A stretch of 63,838 bases of DNA, the filler included, from Kipferlia bialata (Eukaryota): NCBI GenBank assembly GCA_003568945.1. It is 4 parts of 3 records of this genome, joined end to end, with 100 filler letters (N's around TTAATTAATTAA, not from the genome) between each part and the next. Parts side by side here need not be neighbours in the genome. Positions count along the whole stretch, not along the records: positions 31,325 to 46,807 come from BDIP01000112.1; positions 46,908 to 59,962 come from BDIP01000112.1; 2 more parts are not named here. One strand, 5' to 3'. The notes under the pieces are model-generated. The model had not been told where the DNA came from. It saw only the letters and a list, made by a program, of their open reading frames with translations, and searched no databases. This document shows positions 42,678 to 56,486 of this stretch, piece by piece. A program made the position numbers and the translations under genes. Positions within the stretch are counted from its first letter, which is position 1; each line of letters starts with the position of its first letter.

Positions 42678-45600
42678 ATACATATACCCACCCCAGTCGT
42701 TGACACTACATCTAGCTTGTATGCCTCAGCCATGAACTGTAACTGGTCAGACATGGTGGCTGTGAACATCAGGGTCTGTCTGTCTAGGGGGTAAGATAGG
42801 AATAACCATAAATGGAGAGAGAGAGAGAGAGAGAAAGAGAGGGAGACGGGGAGAGAGAGAGAGATGATGGCAGTAAACATGAGGGTCTGTCTGTCTAGGG
42901 GGTGAGAGGTACTGATGGAGAGGGAGAGAGAGAACATAATGGTCTGTCTCTGCTCTGCCTATCTAGGGGTGAGATATATATATATATATATATGTGTGTA
43001 TGTGTGTGTGTATGTGTATGTGTGCATAAATACTGAGAGGGAGAGATAACATGACCTTATGTCTTTGGAGCATGCTGTACAAGAAGTTCCATACATAAGC
43101 ATATATACTATGATATAAACTCATAACAACTACATTAGTATAGAGAAGAAAATATCTGATATATGTATTTATAACGATATACATACACATACCCTTTGAC
43201 TTTGGGAGCATGCCCAGAATGTACAATTGGCATACACTAGTAAACACCCATAAATACTACACTAGTATATCTATGTATATATGTCAATATACTAATATAC
43301 TTATACACATACCCTTTGACTTTGGCAGCATGCCCAGAACGTACTTGAGGTCATCCACATAGCCACTGGGGGTGAGAGAGGGTATATAGGAATATATGTA
43401 CATAGAGAGAGAGAGAGAGAGACAGAGACTCAGATACATGTGAACTTGAGGTCATCCACTGTTGGTGAGAGGGATACACGGGGGTGCATATGATGATCCG
43501 GTGAGTGTAAATACATATACTACACACCTATCTCCTTCTACCAGTCTGTCTGCCTCGTCCAGGACCAGGAAGGCAGCACATATACATATATATATATGTA
43601 TATAGTATATATATGAATATATATACTATACATATACTATATACCTATCTCCTTCTACCAGTCTGTCTGCCTCGTCCAGGACCAGGAAGGCAGCACGCTT
43701 GAAGACAATGTCTGGGGTGGGAAGAATGACGACAGAATACATGGATACATATTGCATGTATATATACTATGGCATGTATATATACTATAGCATGTATATA
43801 TGTGAATACACACGACTAGGAAGGCAGCACGCTTGAAGAAAACGTCTAGAATGAGAGAAAAGACGGAATGAATACACAACGCCATACCTAGCCCTGCCTT
43901 GCACACATGGGCCAGTCGGCCAGGGGTGGCCACGACAATGTGGGGCCTGGGGGTAAGGTGTGACATACAGCTATATGGACCATGCATATATATACATATA
44001 TATATACATACATATACACATATGTATGGGGCCTGGGGTTATATATATATATATATATATAGATGGCCTGGCTACGACAATGTGGGGCCTGGGGGGGAGA
44101 GATGTAAAGAGATAGGATATGTACATATATATATATACATAAATACAAATGTATATATGTAGGTGTGTACAGGTGTAGATGGCACAACAATGTGGGATCT
44201 GGGGGTGACGTAACATATATAGTATACTACAAGTACCGTAACTGCACTTGAGCTCTGTGCCCTGCCTCTATAACATACTATACACTGAATGCTATCATAC
44301 TTCAGGTCATATATGATAAACAACAAGCACTGCACCTGCTCTTGAGCTCTGTAATCTGCATCCCTCAACATCATATGAATATACTATATACTATATACTG
44401 TATCTTCACCATCCATATGCTACAGTTAATGTGAAATACACCTGCTCTTGAGCTCCGTGCCCTGCTTCCTCTCGTTCATGCCCCCAATGACGGTACACAC
44501 ACGCATGCCTAGGGTCAGATACATACAATACTATCCCAGATACATGTATACAATCATTACATTCATGCCCCCAATGACTGTGCACACACGCATGCCTAGA
44601 GGTAAGGGAGACATGCAGAGAGTATAGCAAGAGAGAGAGAGAGAGCTTGGAAACTAGTGGCCTAGTGATATATAGTCAATATATCAATGCCATCAATGAG
44701 AGTACAGACACACATGCCTAAGGATGAGAGACATTAGAATGGATGCATGTGTGCATGCAGAGAGGGGTAGGCAAGAATGCCTCGAACGATAGAGCGTATA
44801 TAGCGAATATAGCGCATAGAGCGTGTAGAGCGTATAGAGCGTATAGAGCCCTACCTGTGCCAGCGCTGAGTGCCTCAAAGGACTCTGCCACCTGGATGGC
44901 CAGTTCTCTAGAGGTCAGTGGTACATAGATACATAGTTAGGGGGATATATGCATATATGTATATATAAAGTCCGACATATACATGTACATATGTAGGAGT
45001 GCTCATACTCTGCCACCTGGATGGCCAGTTCTCTAGGGGGTCAGGGGAATATATAGATATAGATACATACAGATACATACATATACATCAATATGTATAC
45101 ACACAAGTGTATGTCATGTCTTACCTCGTGGGCAGCAGGACCAGTCCATACACTCCATAGGGGTCACGGGTGAAGGACTGAGGTGAGGGTGAGAAATGAG
45201 CCAGACATGCAAGAATATTACCATGTATATACATTTCCTGGGACAGATTAATAATAAATTATAGTGTAGATGATATGAAAACCATATATAGATGTAGTGC
45301 TTCACATACACCCCAATACCTGTATGATGGGCAGGGCAAAGGCAGTATCGTAGAATTAGATTCAATAAAAGTACATATATAACACATATAGTGTGTATAC
45401 TGTGTATGTATATACCCACCCCCATACCTGTATGATGGGCAGGGCAAAGGCCGCAGTATTGTACTAATAGAATTACCAAACACATACATTATATACACTA
45501 TATATATTTACATACATGTATATACACTCCCATACCTGTATGATGTCACTATATATATATATATATATATGTATGTATATATATATATACACTATATATA

Positions 45601-46282
45601 CCTGTATGATGGGCAGGGCAAAGGCCGCAGTCTTTCCAGATCCCTAGAGGTGAGGGAGAGAGAGGAAGAGGGATATAGTGCCGGAGACGGAGAGAGAGGG
45701 GGACATCACATGTCACGTACTGTCTCTGCGATTCCAACCACATTGTTGCCTGCCAGGATCTTGGGAATACACTTGGCCTGGGGGTGAGGATATATAGATA
45801 TACCAATACAGTCAATCTATATATATAATAGGTATATGTAAAAGTATGTATAGAGTAGTATATCTCTTGGGAATGTACTTGGCCTGGGGTGAGTGACATA
45901 ATGATGAGGGGAAGAAACAATGCGACATACATATGCACACATTCACTTTCTGTCACCGTAACAGGTATATGACATATTCACAGATACAATAATAGAATAC
46001 ATATGCATGAATATATATATATACATATATATGTACCTGCACTGTTGTGGGCACATACATCTGATGTTCATCCAGTGCAGTAGTAGGTACATATATATAT
46101 GTTATACTGATCATGATACATATTATACTAGTGTATGTGATGTGTATATATGTAAATATGTGCATATGCATATGTCTATGTACCTGCACTGTGGTGGGCA
46201 CATACATCTGGTGCTCATCCAATGATCGGATGAGAGAGTCCTGGGGTGAGAAAAGAGATGGGGGGGGGTGAGTAGAGAGAGA

Positions 46283-46319
<37 letters not shown>

Positions 46320-46495
46320 AGAGAAGGGATGAGGGAGTCCTGGGGTCAGTGGGTGACAGAGAGAGTGTGCGTATCAATGTGTGTGGATGAGAGAGAGAGT
46401 GGAGAAGAATATATGGGGAGTCCTGGGGAAACATTAAAGGGAGGGGGAGGCGGGGGGGAGAAAGAGAGAGAGAGAAAGAGTCCTGGGATGACACA

Positions 46496-46527
<32 letters not shown>

Positions 46528-46711
46528 CATGGAGAGTATTATATAAGTATCTATATATCGAGGGAGTGAGAGAGACAGAGGACGGAGTGAGACGATAAAT
46601 AATATTGAGAGAGATAAACACACGCACCGTGATTCCGATCTCCTTGAAGTTGTTGGGTGTGCCCTCACACTCAGAGTCCACCTTGACAGTGGCCCTGGTC
46701 TTCTTAACAAC
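37270..46711 (-). CDS. DBP8: DEAD-box RNA helicase DBP8/DDX49, 5' partial
   Basis: Spliced motifs FKEIGI, PTTVQ, AET|GSGKTAAFALPI, DPYGVYGLVLLPTR|ELAIQV, PHIVVATPGRLA, VLDEADRL, MFTAT, TDVAAR|GLDIP and YVHRVGRTAR. DPYG and FTAT are typical of Dbp8. Confidence 0.88.
41789..42785 (-). repeat. Intronic array of exon-3'-end plus donor copies (LQFMAEAY[K/S]LDVVSTTG|GT)
   Basis: Real exon at about 42692-42785, followed by 6 near-full copies and 1 short copy separated by (TA)n spacers. Confidence 0.9.
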
Positions 46712-46851
46712 CTAAGGGTGAGAGTGTACTAATGAACACTTAATGCATGGTGATATGGTATTGGGGGGGGGGGGGGGGGGGAGGGGGGGGGGGGACAAAG
46801 ACTCCTTNNNNNNNNNNNNNNNNNNNNNNNNNNNNNNNNNNNNNNNNNNNN

Positions 46852-46863
46852 TTAATTAATTAA
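46852..46863. other. Artificial contig linker
   Basis: TTAATTAATTAA within an N run. Confidence 0.95.
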
Positions 46864-46919
46864 NNNNNNNNNNNNNNNNNNNNNNNNNNNNNNNNNNNNN
46901 NNNNNNNGCCCGCCCTTGT

Positions 46920-46955
<36 letters not shown>

Positions 46956-47021
46956 ACCACGATTACACCAGACGCCTGCCACATACCATAGATAGATACT
47001 GACACTGACACCGCTACATAC

Positions 47022-47614
47022 CATTCTTGGGTCCGTCCTTGAGGGTGTGCCATGCCTTGAGATACTCTGCCAGGGTGGACACAGCCTTCTTCCTGGGATT
47101 GGATGGCAGGGTATATATATAGAGAGAGAGACTATGATACAAGATGATGGATAGGGGAGGGAAGAAGAGGCTGACGGGGATATACACAGGAAATATGGAC
47201 ATAATGAACAGCCATATAGGCATTATCTCTATCATGACTGAATGCATATACATATATATATCTATACCAAATCACACACCAGCAGAATCAATACAGATAT
47301 AGTACCTGCTCTCCTGGGCCAGGGTCTCCTCGGCCTTCCTTAGCATCCTGGTCTTCCACCAGGGTGTCCTCTTGACCTTCTTCTAGGGTTAGACATACCA
47401 AGGGCCCGAAGGACAAAGTACATGCCTGTTCCATATATATATATACTTCATGAAATACCGCAGGTTTCATGAATATGGGGCCACAAACAGCTACCTTCTT
47501 CTTCCCAGCACCCTTGCCGTCTGCGCCCTTGTCCACGCTGTAGTACGGGTTGTCCTCATAGCTGTAGTTATCGTACTCATCCACGTCCACGTCCTGGAAG
47601 TGCTCCTCAGCCAT
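47022..47614 (-). CDS. Hypothetical protein, possibly WKF-domain (C7orf50-like); 3' truncated
   Basis: Three exons: MAEEHFQDVDVDEYD...GKKK|KKVKRTPWWKTRMLRKAEETLAQESR|KKAVSTLAEYLKAWHTLKDGPKN. AEYLKAW recalls the helix preceding the WKF motif, but the motif itself would lie beyond the contig end. Confidence 0.5.
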
Positions 47615-47949
47615 CTCCTCCGGTCACTCTGAGTGTATACCGCTCTCTGTGACTTCTGAGGAATAGAGTTAGGGCAGCAATGCAAGGAGCGACAGAAAGA
47701 TATGTAATGCTGCAGTGACTTGGGAGTCACATCCTGTTATACCCTTTTTCGGTTTTTGCCAGTTCTGTCTACGGTGTAGAGTCTAGCCTACACTGTAGGG
47801 CCTTCACTGGACCGTCACTTGTAGGTGACCTACAGTTGGCCCACCCTCGTCGGATATAATGGTAGGGACTTCTGTCAGTGTGTATCGTTAGCTTGTATGT
47901 GTGTACATCATAAGTGTATCTCTTGTGTATGTATGTGTATACTCTTATC

Positions 47950-49440
47950 CAAGGCCGATCCCGTCACACTGGACAGTCAAAATGATACTGACACTGAGTA
48001 TCCTCCTGTCATCAGTGAGGACACTCTACGATCCATGTCTGATGTCCAGAGGAGGGTGTATATGATCAAGATCCGTGAGGCACTTGACCGGGAGCCTGGA
48101 GTGCTTGTGTATAGGTACCAGTCGATGGGTGTATGTAGCATAGAGGTGCTTTCATTGTCAGATTGACCCATGTGGACTCATATTGATCACAGGTACATAG
48201 ACCTGATAGGTCTTGACGCACGCCTGCGTCTTGGAGAGCGAAGAGAGATTACGTAGACTGGATGCTATATTTGGTAGGGTAGATGAATGCACCCAATCAT
48301 CGTGAGACCCCCCCCCTCCACACACACACCCAGACACTGCAACCAACATTCATTGCTTGTTGTCATGATCCAATATTCATACTATAGATAGCCAGGCACA
48401 TATGTGTCCATCCCTGCCTATATCTCTCTCCCTCCACACTACATCAAGCAAGGAGGTGACAATGTGCGCGGATACATATTCTCTCCAATGATACACTCTC
48501 CCGCTGACCCCCCCCTCGATTGTTGTCATCGTCTCTCTCTCCCGTTGACTCAAGGTCCAGCAGGATACTGATACTGATACCTCCAAATAACTCGACTATT
48601 CATACTGGTATTCTACCCGTCCCTCCCTCCAAAGTAAGGCAGCGAGGCCGAGATTGAGCTATTGAGAGAGAGGGGGGGGGAGAGAGAGAGAGATGGAGAG
48701 AAGAGGCAAGCAGGATGTCTGCAGACACTACACCCAGCACTGTTGGAGTAACTGTCTCATGTACCCTCTTGGGTAGCTTACCCATCGTGCGGTCTATGTT
48801 ATACACTCAGTCACACGGTGTGACACAGTGTGGAGGACTGCGTGCTGAGCTGGGTGGCCGGTGGCGGATGAGATGTAATCTGCTCATACTGGGTTCCAGC
48901 TGCCTTGTTGTAAGCTTCCTTGAGCATCTGCCAGGCCATACATTCGCCGATTTCAACTGATTCAGAGAATGTAGTGATGACAAGAGGAGTGACCGCTGCT
49001 GTGAAAGACCTTGTCTCGAGTGTGTTAGGTCAGCCTTGCTCGACTACAACGCCAGGAGCCTTCTCAGTGATGAACTTGGATGCCTTTTGGAATAGACAGG
49101 CTCTATCCTTGAATGTGAACTATAGACAGGCACTATCCTTGAATGTGGATTGTATCGATAATTATACAGTTCGACATTCACAGAAGGATATCATGATACT
49201 CGTTGAAACTGGACATTACATATAAATGAGGCAGGTCCGCGATGGAACTACTTTCTGCTTACTCAGTGGTAGTACCGATCATCCCAATGGAAATAGTGCA
49301 CTCGGTTTGGACTGTGATTCTCTGCTGTAACAGACTACTGTGACAGCACCTGTCTCCTGATCTCAGGTGGCCGAAGGACTATTCGGAAGCTTGTGGCACA
49401 AGCCTTGTGCCCTACTATTCAGGCAGATGTCTCCTGTATG
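47950..49440 (+). pseudogene. Degraded coding-like sequence of unknown origin
   Basis: Complex, microsatellite-poor sequence with short ORFs broken by stops and a 27-nt tandem duplication (49092-49147). No consistent splice model. Confidence 0.3.
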
Positions 49441-49769
49441 TAAATACTCACTATCTCACACTCCCGGCGGAATCATTCAGAATGATTCATTCTGACTCAG
49501 TAATACTGAGCGGACTTTTCACAGAGGATCCCTTTGTCTCCTTTTTCTCTCGGATCACTACTCTTTGAACTATTAAAATTAGAATGGGGATCCTCTCAGA
49601 TGACTGTGGTGAATGTGGAGTATGCTAGATGATACCAGCATATTGGACTGAGCGTACTCCAAGAAATCAACATAGTCTACTGAGCAGATACCACATATTC
49701 AAACAGTCTCCTCCGCTCTCTCTGACATGATACACACATTGCCAAGACGGGGGTGGTCGTGGCCGCCCC

Positions 49770-50888
49770 TTACATGTACGTCACCTGGACGCTCCTGTCC
49801 TTGTGGGTCTGACTGACCTCGCCCTTCACACGGAACATCTGGGGGATGGAGAGCACAAACTGGGGTTGGGATGAGGGTCGTTTGCAATCCCACCATAATA
49901 TAGGGAAAGAGGCCCATGAGGCGATGGACTCTGAGACACCAGCCAACCCATTCCAGTGGTATACAGTGTATCAACGTGTATAATTCTATACATTCCCATG
50001 CATGTACGGATACAACCACATAGTTGTATATACTACTCCATCTCTCACCTCCAGGTAGCACCCCCTGACTCCACAGAAGCGCTCTGCCCCGCCCGACAGC
50101 TCCCTGAACCATCTGTTGTTGCACCTCCTGGCAACGCGTCTAAGTACATTGGCCTAAGGTGTGTGGATAGGAAGTATTGACAATGCCGTTAGGGTGATAC
50201 ACTACGACATACAGTGGCAGTAGGCAGACACTGCTGCCATTCGACATCGAACAGAGGGAGAGTGATACAACATCCCTGTGTCTCTTTTAGAGAGAGGAGA
50301 TGTGGAGGGGGAGGGTGTGTGTGAGAGAGAGGTAGGGAAAGGAAAGAGGGAGCAGAATACCTTGACAAAGTCTGCCTCGAGACTGGTGGTGTACAGGCGG
50401 CCTGACCCAGGCAGAGCGGGGACCAGCTCAAGAACCACCTGAATATGGGCAACATATATTGCAGCACTCTATATCAATAGGCACAAGAATACTGGAGAGA
50501 GAGACTGAGTGTATTCGGGTTATCCCACCTCTCGATCCATGTCATGAATACCGACAGTGAGCTCCTCGATAAACTCCGGCACCACCATGTCACGAATCTG
50601 TCGTAGTACATCTTCGGAGATGTTCTCGTGGCATATGCGAACTGACACATCAACGAGAGCCGTGATGGGCTCCTCTGAGTGGAGTCGCTCGCCGATCAGA
50701 CCGCGGATCACAGCATTACTCCTTCCAGGTACATCAGACGGGGTAGGGGCGGCCCCTGAGGCTAGAGGGAGAGGGTGGACTGATGGTAGATGGGTGTCAC
50801 CCTGTGCTACATGGTGCCTCACAGCGGGTGGGGGTACTGGGGATAAATCAGGCACATCGGTAGTGCAGCGTGCAGGACGCTTCGCCAT
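49770..50888 (-). CDS. Hypothetical protein (4 exons)
   Basis: MAKRPARC...HDMDRE|VVLELVPALPGSGRLYTTSLEADFVK|ANVLRRVARRCNNRWF...GCYLE|MFRVKGEVSQTHKDRSVQVTYM*, with phase-0 joins. Confidence 0.65.
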
Positions 50889-51188
50889 AGCAGGTTGTGC
50901 TATTGAATAGAAGGTGAGAGAATGGGGTATGAAGGAGTACCACGGCCACCGCAGGGAAAGTCGGAAAATCCGGCATTGGCTCCGATATTCCCTTCAATAC
51001 TAATACTATGCTCCAGTAACTGCGTGATGCAGTTTCTTCTCCGAGCAAAGTACCTCACGATACTGTTTCAGGGTCTCAATTGGATCGATGACCCTCATGG
51101 AAGATATTGTGAATAATTGGACCTGATTGGTGTACACTACTGTTCTATACACACCATGACACCACTCTTCCCCACATATATTACATCA

Positions 51189-54100
51189 TCACTCGTCCTC
51201 GTCCTCATCGGTGTCAAACCCAGCAAAGGCGAGGCCTATGTTCATCTTGTCACTGGGATGAGAACACAGAACACAGATCGAGACATAGGAGAGTCAAGTC
51301 TATATGAGACACCTAACTAACAGGAGTCATAAAGTCTCTACAAACACTGCTTCCTCTGGTCTATAACACCCTACCTGTCGGGGGCGTCGAAGAACATCTC
51401 GGCATCAGTGTCTGCAAAGGGGGTAGAGGGGGCTGGGGGTGAGATTGACAACACCTTATATACAGGACGTGATGTGCGACACGAATATAAAAATACGCAG
51501 CAGACAGAATAGTGGCAGGTCACCAAAGACACACATGCTACGTTGAGACTCACCCTCTGAGGCAAACACGTCGCGTGGCATGGGCCTCCTGTGAGAGTCT
51601 CTCTCCCTGTGAGATTGGCCCCTCTCCTCCACGTCCCTCATGATGAACAGACCCTCAGGCATCACGTGGGGGGCTGCGTCCACCTCGGGTGCCCCCCCCT
51701 GCTCCGTGTCTCTAAAGATGTCGTCAGGCTGGGCCCAGTCCATGTGGCCAGACGGCCCATGCATAGGGGCATGCATAGGGGCATGCATAGGGGCATGGGC
51801 AGATGGGGCATCCCGGGAGTGGATGGGGCCTCGGAAGGGCGGCGCAAGGTCCTGAGTCAGATGGGATGTCTCATATATATACAAGTCTACACCACACAAC
51901 CGACCACACACACAACCACCCCCACCTCCTCGACCGATGACTGGCCGTGTCTGGGGTCGTGGTCCTCATCGTCCTCGTAGTCCAGGAAGGGCCTCTCCTT
52001 GGCACTGTCTATGTCGCCAAAGGAGGGGGAGGGGATGGCAGACAGAGACAGATCGCCTGGCAGTGAGCGTCACAGGCAGATATTGTCAGTGGTCTCAATA
52101 TGTAACAACATATATTCAGTCAAGTATACCATCATATCATTGTGTCAATGAAAGGCCTTCATATACCCAACAACTGAGACACCACCACCCATACCTGCAG
52201 TCATCTCGGACATACTCTCTCTCTCCCTATCGCTCTCCTCAAACTCAGACTCCATGGTGGGAATCGGGGCCTCTCTCTGCTTGCGCTTGCGTCTCCGCTT
52301 GGTCCGTCCCTGCCTGCTCTCTTCCTCCTCTCCTTCCCCCTCTGCCTCTCTCTCTATCTTGGCGTCCATCTGCTGGAGGAGACGCGACACGGCCTGATGG
52401 GTGAGGGAGGGCTAGAGAACAAGGAATGACCAACCATATCAAACGCAAGTGACACAGAGTACATACGGTGTTGTGCCAAGATCAGTGAGTGCCGCTACAT
52501 ATGATGCTGTTGGTACCTCTGTGTTTGAGAGGTCCTCCCTCTCCATCTCCCCTCCCTGGCTGGCCTCTATATCTCTGTCTCTGTCTCTCTCTCTGCCCTC
52601 CCCGGGCCTGGTGTCCATGCCCTCACTATCTCTATCTCTCTCATTATCCTGGAATATCAGGCATCAGCGGGGGGCGGTAGAGGATGGTAGGATATACCAG
52701 ATACAGATACAATAGGCAGTGACTACACACCTGTACCGGGTATCCACCCTGGGCAGGCCGAGCTACTGTGCTGCCCTGGGCCTCACCTGGGGGTGGGACT
52801 AGGGGAGGGGGGGGTACCAGAAGTGGAATATAACCAACATGGGTAGGATACACAAAACTCTGCACTCATGCTTAATTACCCCACAGGGAGGGATATGCAT
52901 GTATACAGTCTCACGTGTCGACTTCTAGGGTATATGGTAATATATATCTACATGTACCCATACCTGCCCAGAGCAGAGGGAGACTGTCGGTGTCCATGAC
53001 GTTGACGGCATCGGACACGTCCCTCATGCCCCCCCTGTCTTCCATTATCCTGTCTATCACGCCCCCCCTGTGTGGTGTATAGGACGGTGGGGAAGGAGCG
53101 CCGGCCCCAGCCGTGGCTGTGTGCCCGGGTCTGTATGCAAAGCGAGGCATGTTCTCAGGCTTGTCAGTCCCCAGTCGCTGCTCAATCCCCCCATGCTGCT
53201 CTCTCTCTCTCTCTCTCTCTCTCTGGCGGAGGCCTCTAGCACTTGGGGCTCTGAGTCGTCCCTTGGGCTGGCCCTTTCCCTTGGGGGTGGGGACCCCCCG
53301 GGACTTGACAACCTATCTAGTCAGCATACAACGACAGATATCTGAGAACACAGAAGAGATGTACACACGTGCGTTGATACAGAAGCACCATGTGTATTCA
53401 CATCCTGTGCCGTACCCAAGTCCGAGGGACACAGTCGTGCATACATAAGACACAATGACTATATATCATACAGCTGGATACCTTGGGACTGATGTGTCTA
53501 GGCCTGGCCCTCTCTCTCTCCCTCTCGATCTCAGCCTGAGTCCTCACATTGGCCCGTGTCCGCTGCCCCTCCACGTCTCTCTCTCTCTCCCTCGCCATCT
53601 CCCTGCTCCTTCTCAGAGGACTCCGAGGTATCCTGCTGTCCCCCCTCTCCCTTGCAGCAGAGGGCGAGGGTGTGGGGTGTGTGGGGTGTGTGGGGGTGGG
53701 GAAGGCAGGGGAGGGCAGGGCCAGGAGGGCTCCCATCACTACCTGGGGGGAGACACAGACACACAGACGTACACAGATAGAAGTACACAGAGATTCCAGA
53801 CCCAATGATGTCCACCCATACCTCAACCAGTCTCCAGAGCTGACACGTGATGTGATCGGTGCTGAGTCTACGCGGTCTGTCTCTCTCCCTCCCCCTCTCT
53901 ACCCCACTCGTGCTGAACCACAGGTCGGGGGCCCTCTCAACTATCGAGTACACCCTGGGTGTGAGAGAGGTATGTGTATCAGATCTTAGGGCATACACAA
54001 AGCGAGAAGCGGCGAAGATGAGTAGTATTGAAGACACACATATATAGACAGCACACACCCACACCCATACCTGGCCACGATGTCTGGGTCAGTCGAGTCA

Positions 54101-56451
54101 TCCAGACACTCCCTCAGGGCCCCCACAAACACAGAGTGGCAGGAGGGCAAGGGGAACAGGGGCGTGTCCACCAGCGTGTGCATACCGTGACGATGCTCAT
54201 GGGTGTGGGGAGGCGCGTGCTGAGATGGGCCGTCTGGCCCCATCAGGGCAGTGGGGGTGGGGGACCCTTCCGACCAGCCCATGGGACTAGGCACGTGTGC
54301 TGGCTCTGGCGTGGCATCGTCTGGCACCATCTGGTCTGGCTCCGCATCCCCATCCCCATCCCCATCCGTGTCTGACCCAGGCACAGACATGGGCATGGGC
54401 TGATGGGCAGGCCCAGACTGCTGGTGGCCAGGGGAGGGGAGGGGAACCGGGACACGCTCTGAGTAGGTGTGTGGGGTGAGCGAGTGGAAGAGAGAGAGAA
54501 CGCTGGGGTGAGAGTGCTTTCTGAGACTGGGCAAAGGGAGAGTGCTCTCCACGAGTTACCTCACAGTGCACACACATATATATCCCATATAGACAACTGT
54601 AAACCGCTCTGCCAGACTCAGTTGGGTCTGATCCTAATATGTTCATGAATACACAATCATTATATACTATATAATCAGAAGAGGCACAATGATACCCAAC
54701 CCGTCCAGCCCCACCTGTCTATACTATACATACTATATACTATATACACTATACTACTCTCTATATACCTGATCTGGCAGTGGTCCGGGACCCCCTTGAG
54801 CAGGGTGGCTGTGACACGGCACAGGGGGCTCACAGACCTAGGGTCAGGGGGACACAGACAGGGATATACACACATATATATATATATAAATATATATCGC
54901 TACACAGCAGAGTCAAAGGGTGCTGCTCTACTTGCAAACATAGGTATATATATATGCCACATCCTAGCATAAAGTAAGATAGCAGATAGAATACACTTGT
55001 AGACAGTATACACCAACACAAAAGGATATCTTCCCCCTTCTGTCGTACACACCTATACCTCTCAATACAACCCCTATAACTCTCATAACCCAAACCTGAT
55101 ACACCCCTATCTCTCATATTCAATATCTAACACACACCTATATCTCTCGATGCTGAGAACAAGTTCCTTTGCGTGCTTCAGAACGATGTTTGGAAGCCCG
55201 TAGCGCTTGGCTGAAATGTAAGGGGACGTAGAATGTCCGCATACGAGTGGATATATGCATACTCAATAGGATCGATACATAGGAGAGAGACGGACATATG
55301 GAGTGGGAGAAAGACACACGTAACACTGATATGTATCACTATATATAATACCTAGGAACACCGACAGAAATGCCGAGAGGGTCTGGGGCGAGAAGGGGTC
55401 AGCCGAGCCGTGGTGCACATAGGCCTCGGCCTGGGGTCAGGGTGAACACAGTGGAGGCAGAAGAGAAGAGATGGAGAGAGAGGAAGAGAGAGACCCACCT
55501 CTGTGAGGAGAGCAGAATGCCTGTGCCGGTAGAGATCGGTCAGGATCTGCTGAGTCCACCGGAGCGACTTGCTGAGTGTTAGACAGTGCCAGTGTCAGTG
55601 AATGTGTCAGTGTTAGTGAATGTGCTGGACACACTGAGGTACTTATGCTAACAGACGTTGCCACCCACATTGGGACAGGCCCCTCCCTCTGTCTGTGTCT
55701 GTGGGGCGTGCCATGCCCTAGTGCAGTCCCATGGGTATGTGCATGGGTATGGGTGTCAGGGGTGGCCATGGGGCCAGAGGGTCCAGCGATATATACACCA
55801 GATCCAGATGCGTCACAGGACTGGGCAGTCCCAACCATACTCGCTCTCTCCCTCTCCTTGTCCTCCTCTATTGCCCTGGAAGGATCAGACTATATTATCA
55901 TTGATCAGCGGGTCTCTAATGATGCAACTACAGGAGTCATAGGGTATTGTTGCCATAAGAAGCAAAGACATACCATGGAACTACCAGGCAATTGTATTGT
56001 ATTTGTATATTGGATATTCAATATATAACCAACCCACCTCTCTCTCTCCATTTCCAGTCGGTCCAGAGTCTGAGACTCACGTGGCATCACTGGGAGTGAG
56101 GGATATGTACAATACTACACACACATTCATAACATATACACCCCAGCGTGCACCCACCCATCTTCTTGGATCTGAACTGGAAGGTGGCCTCTTTGAAGTG
56201 CATCACTTCCAGGTCCTCATCTGGGGCCACCCTGCCCCTGCCCCTGGGGGTGAGGACATAGATAGAGAGAGAGATGGAGATATAGAGAAGTGAAGGTGAG
56301 GGCATGAGAGAGAGTAGGAATAAGGGAAGGAAACTGAATGGGAAGGGTATGTTGGAGAGGAACAAAGGAACAAATGAAACCCTGGATACCTGGCCTTCTC
56401 TCTCTCTCTCTCTCTCTCCTGTTCCCGCTCCATTTCCTGAGGGGTGAGGGT

Positions 56452-56486
<35 letters not shown>

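Noticed and set aside
41789..42785. CRISPR-like repeat-spacer appearance of the echo arrays
   Set aside because: The repeats are exon fragments with splice sites in a eukaryotic gene, the spacers are low-complexity TA, and no cas genes are present.
49770..50150. Faint resemblance to the ribosomal protein S3 C-terminal domain
   Set aside because: The conserved S3 motifs (SGKLRGQRAK, GVLGIKVKI) are absent; too weak to call.
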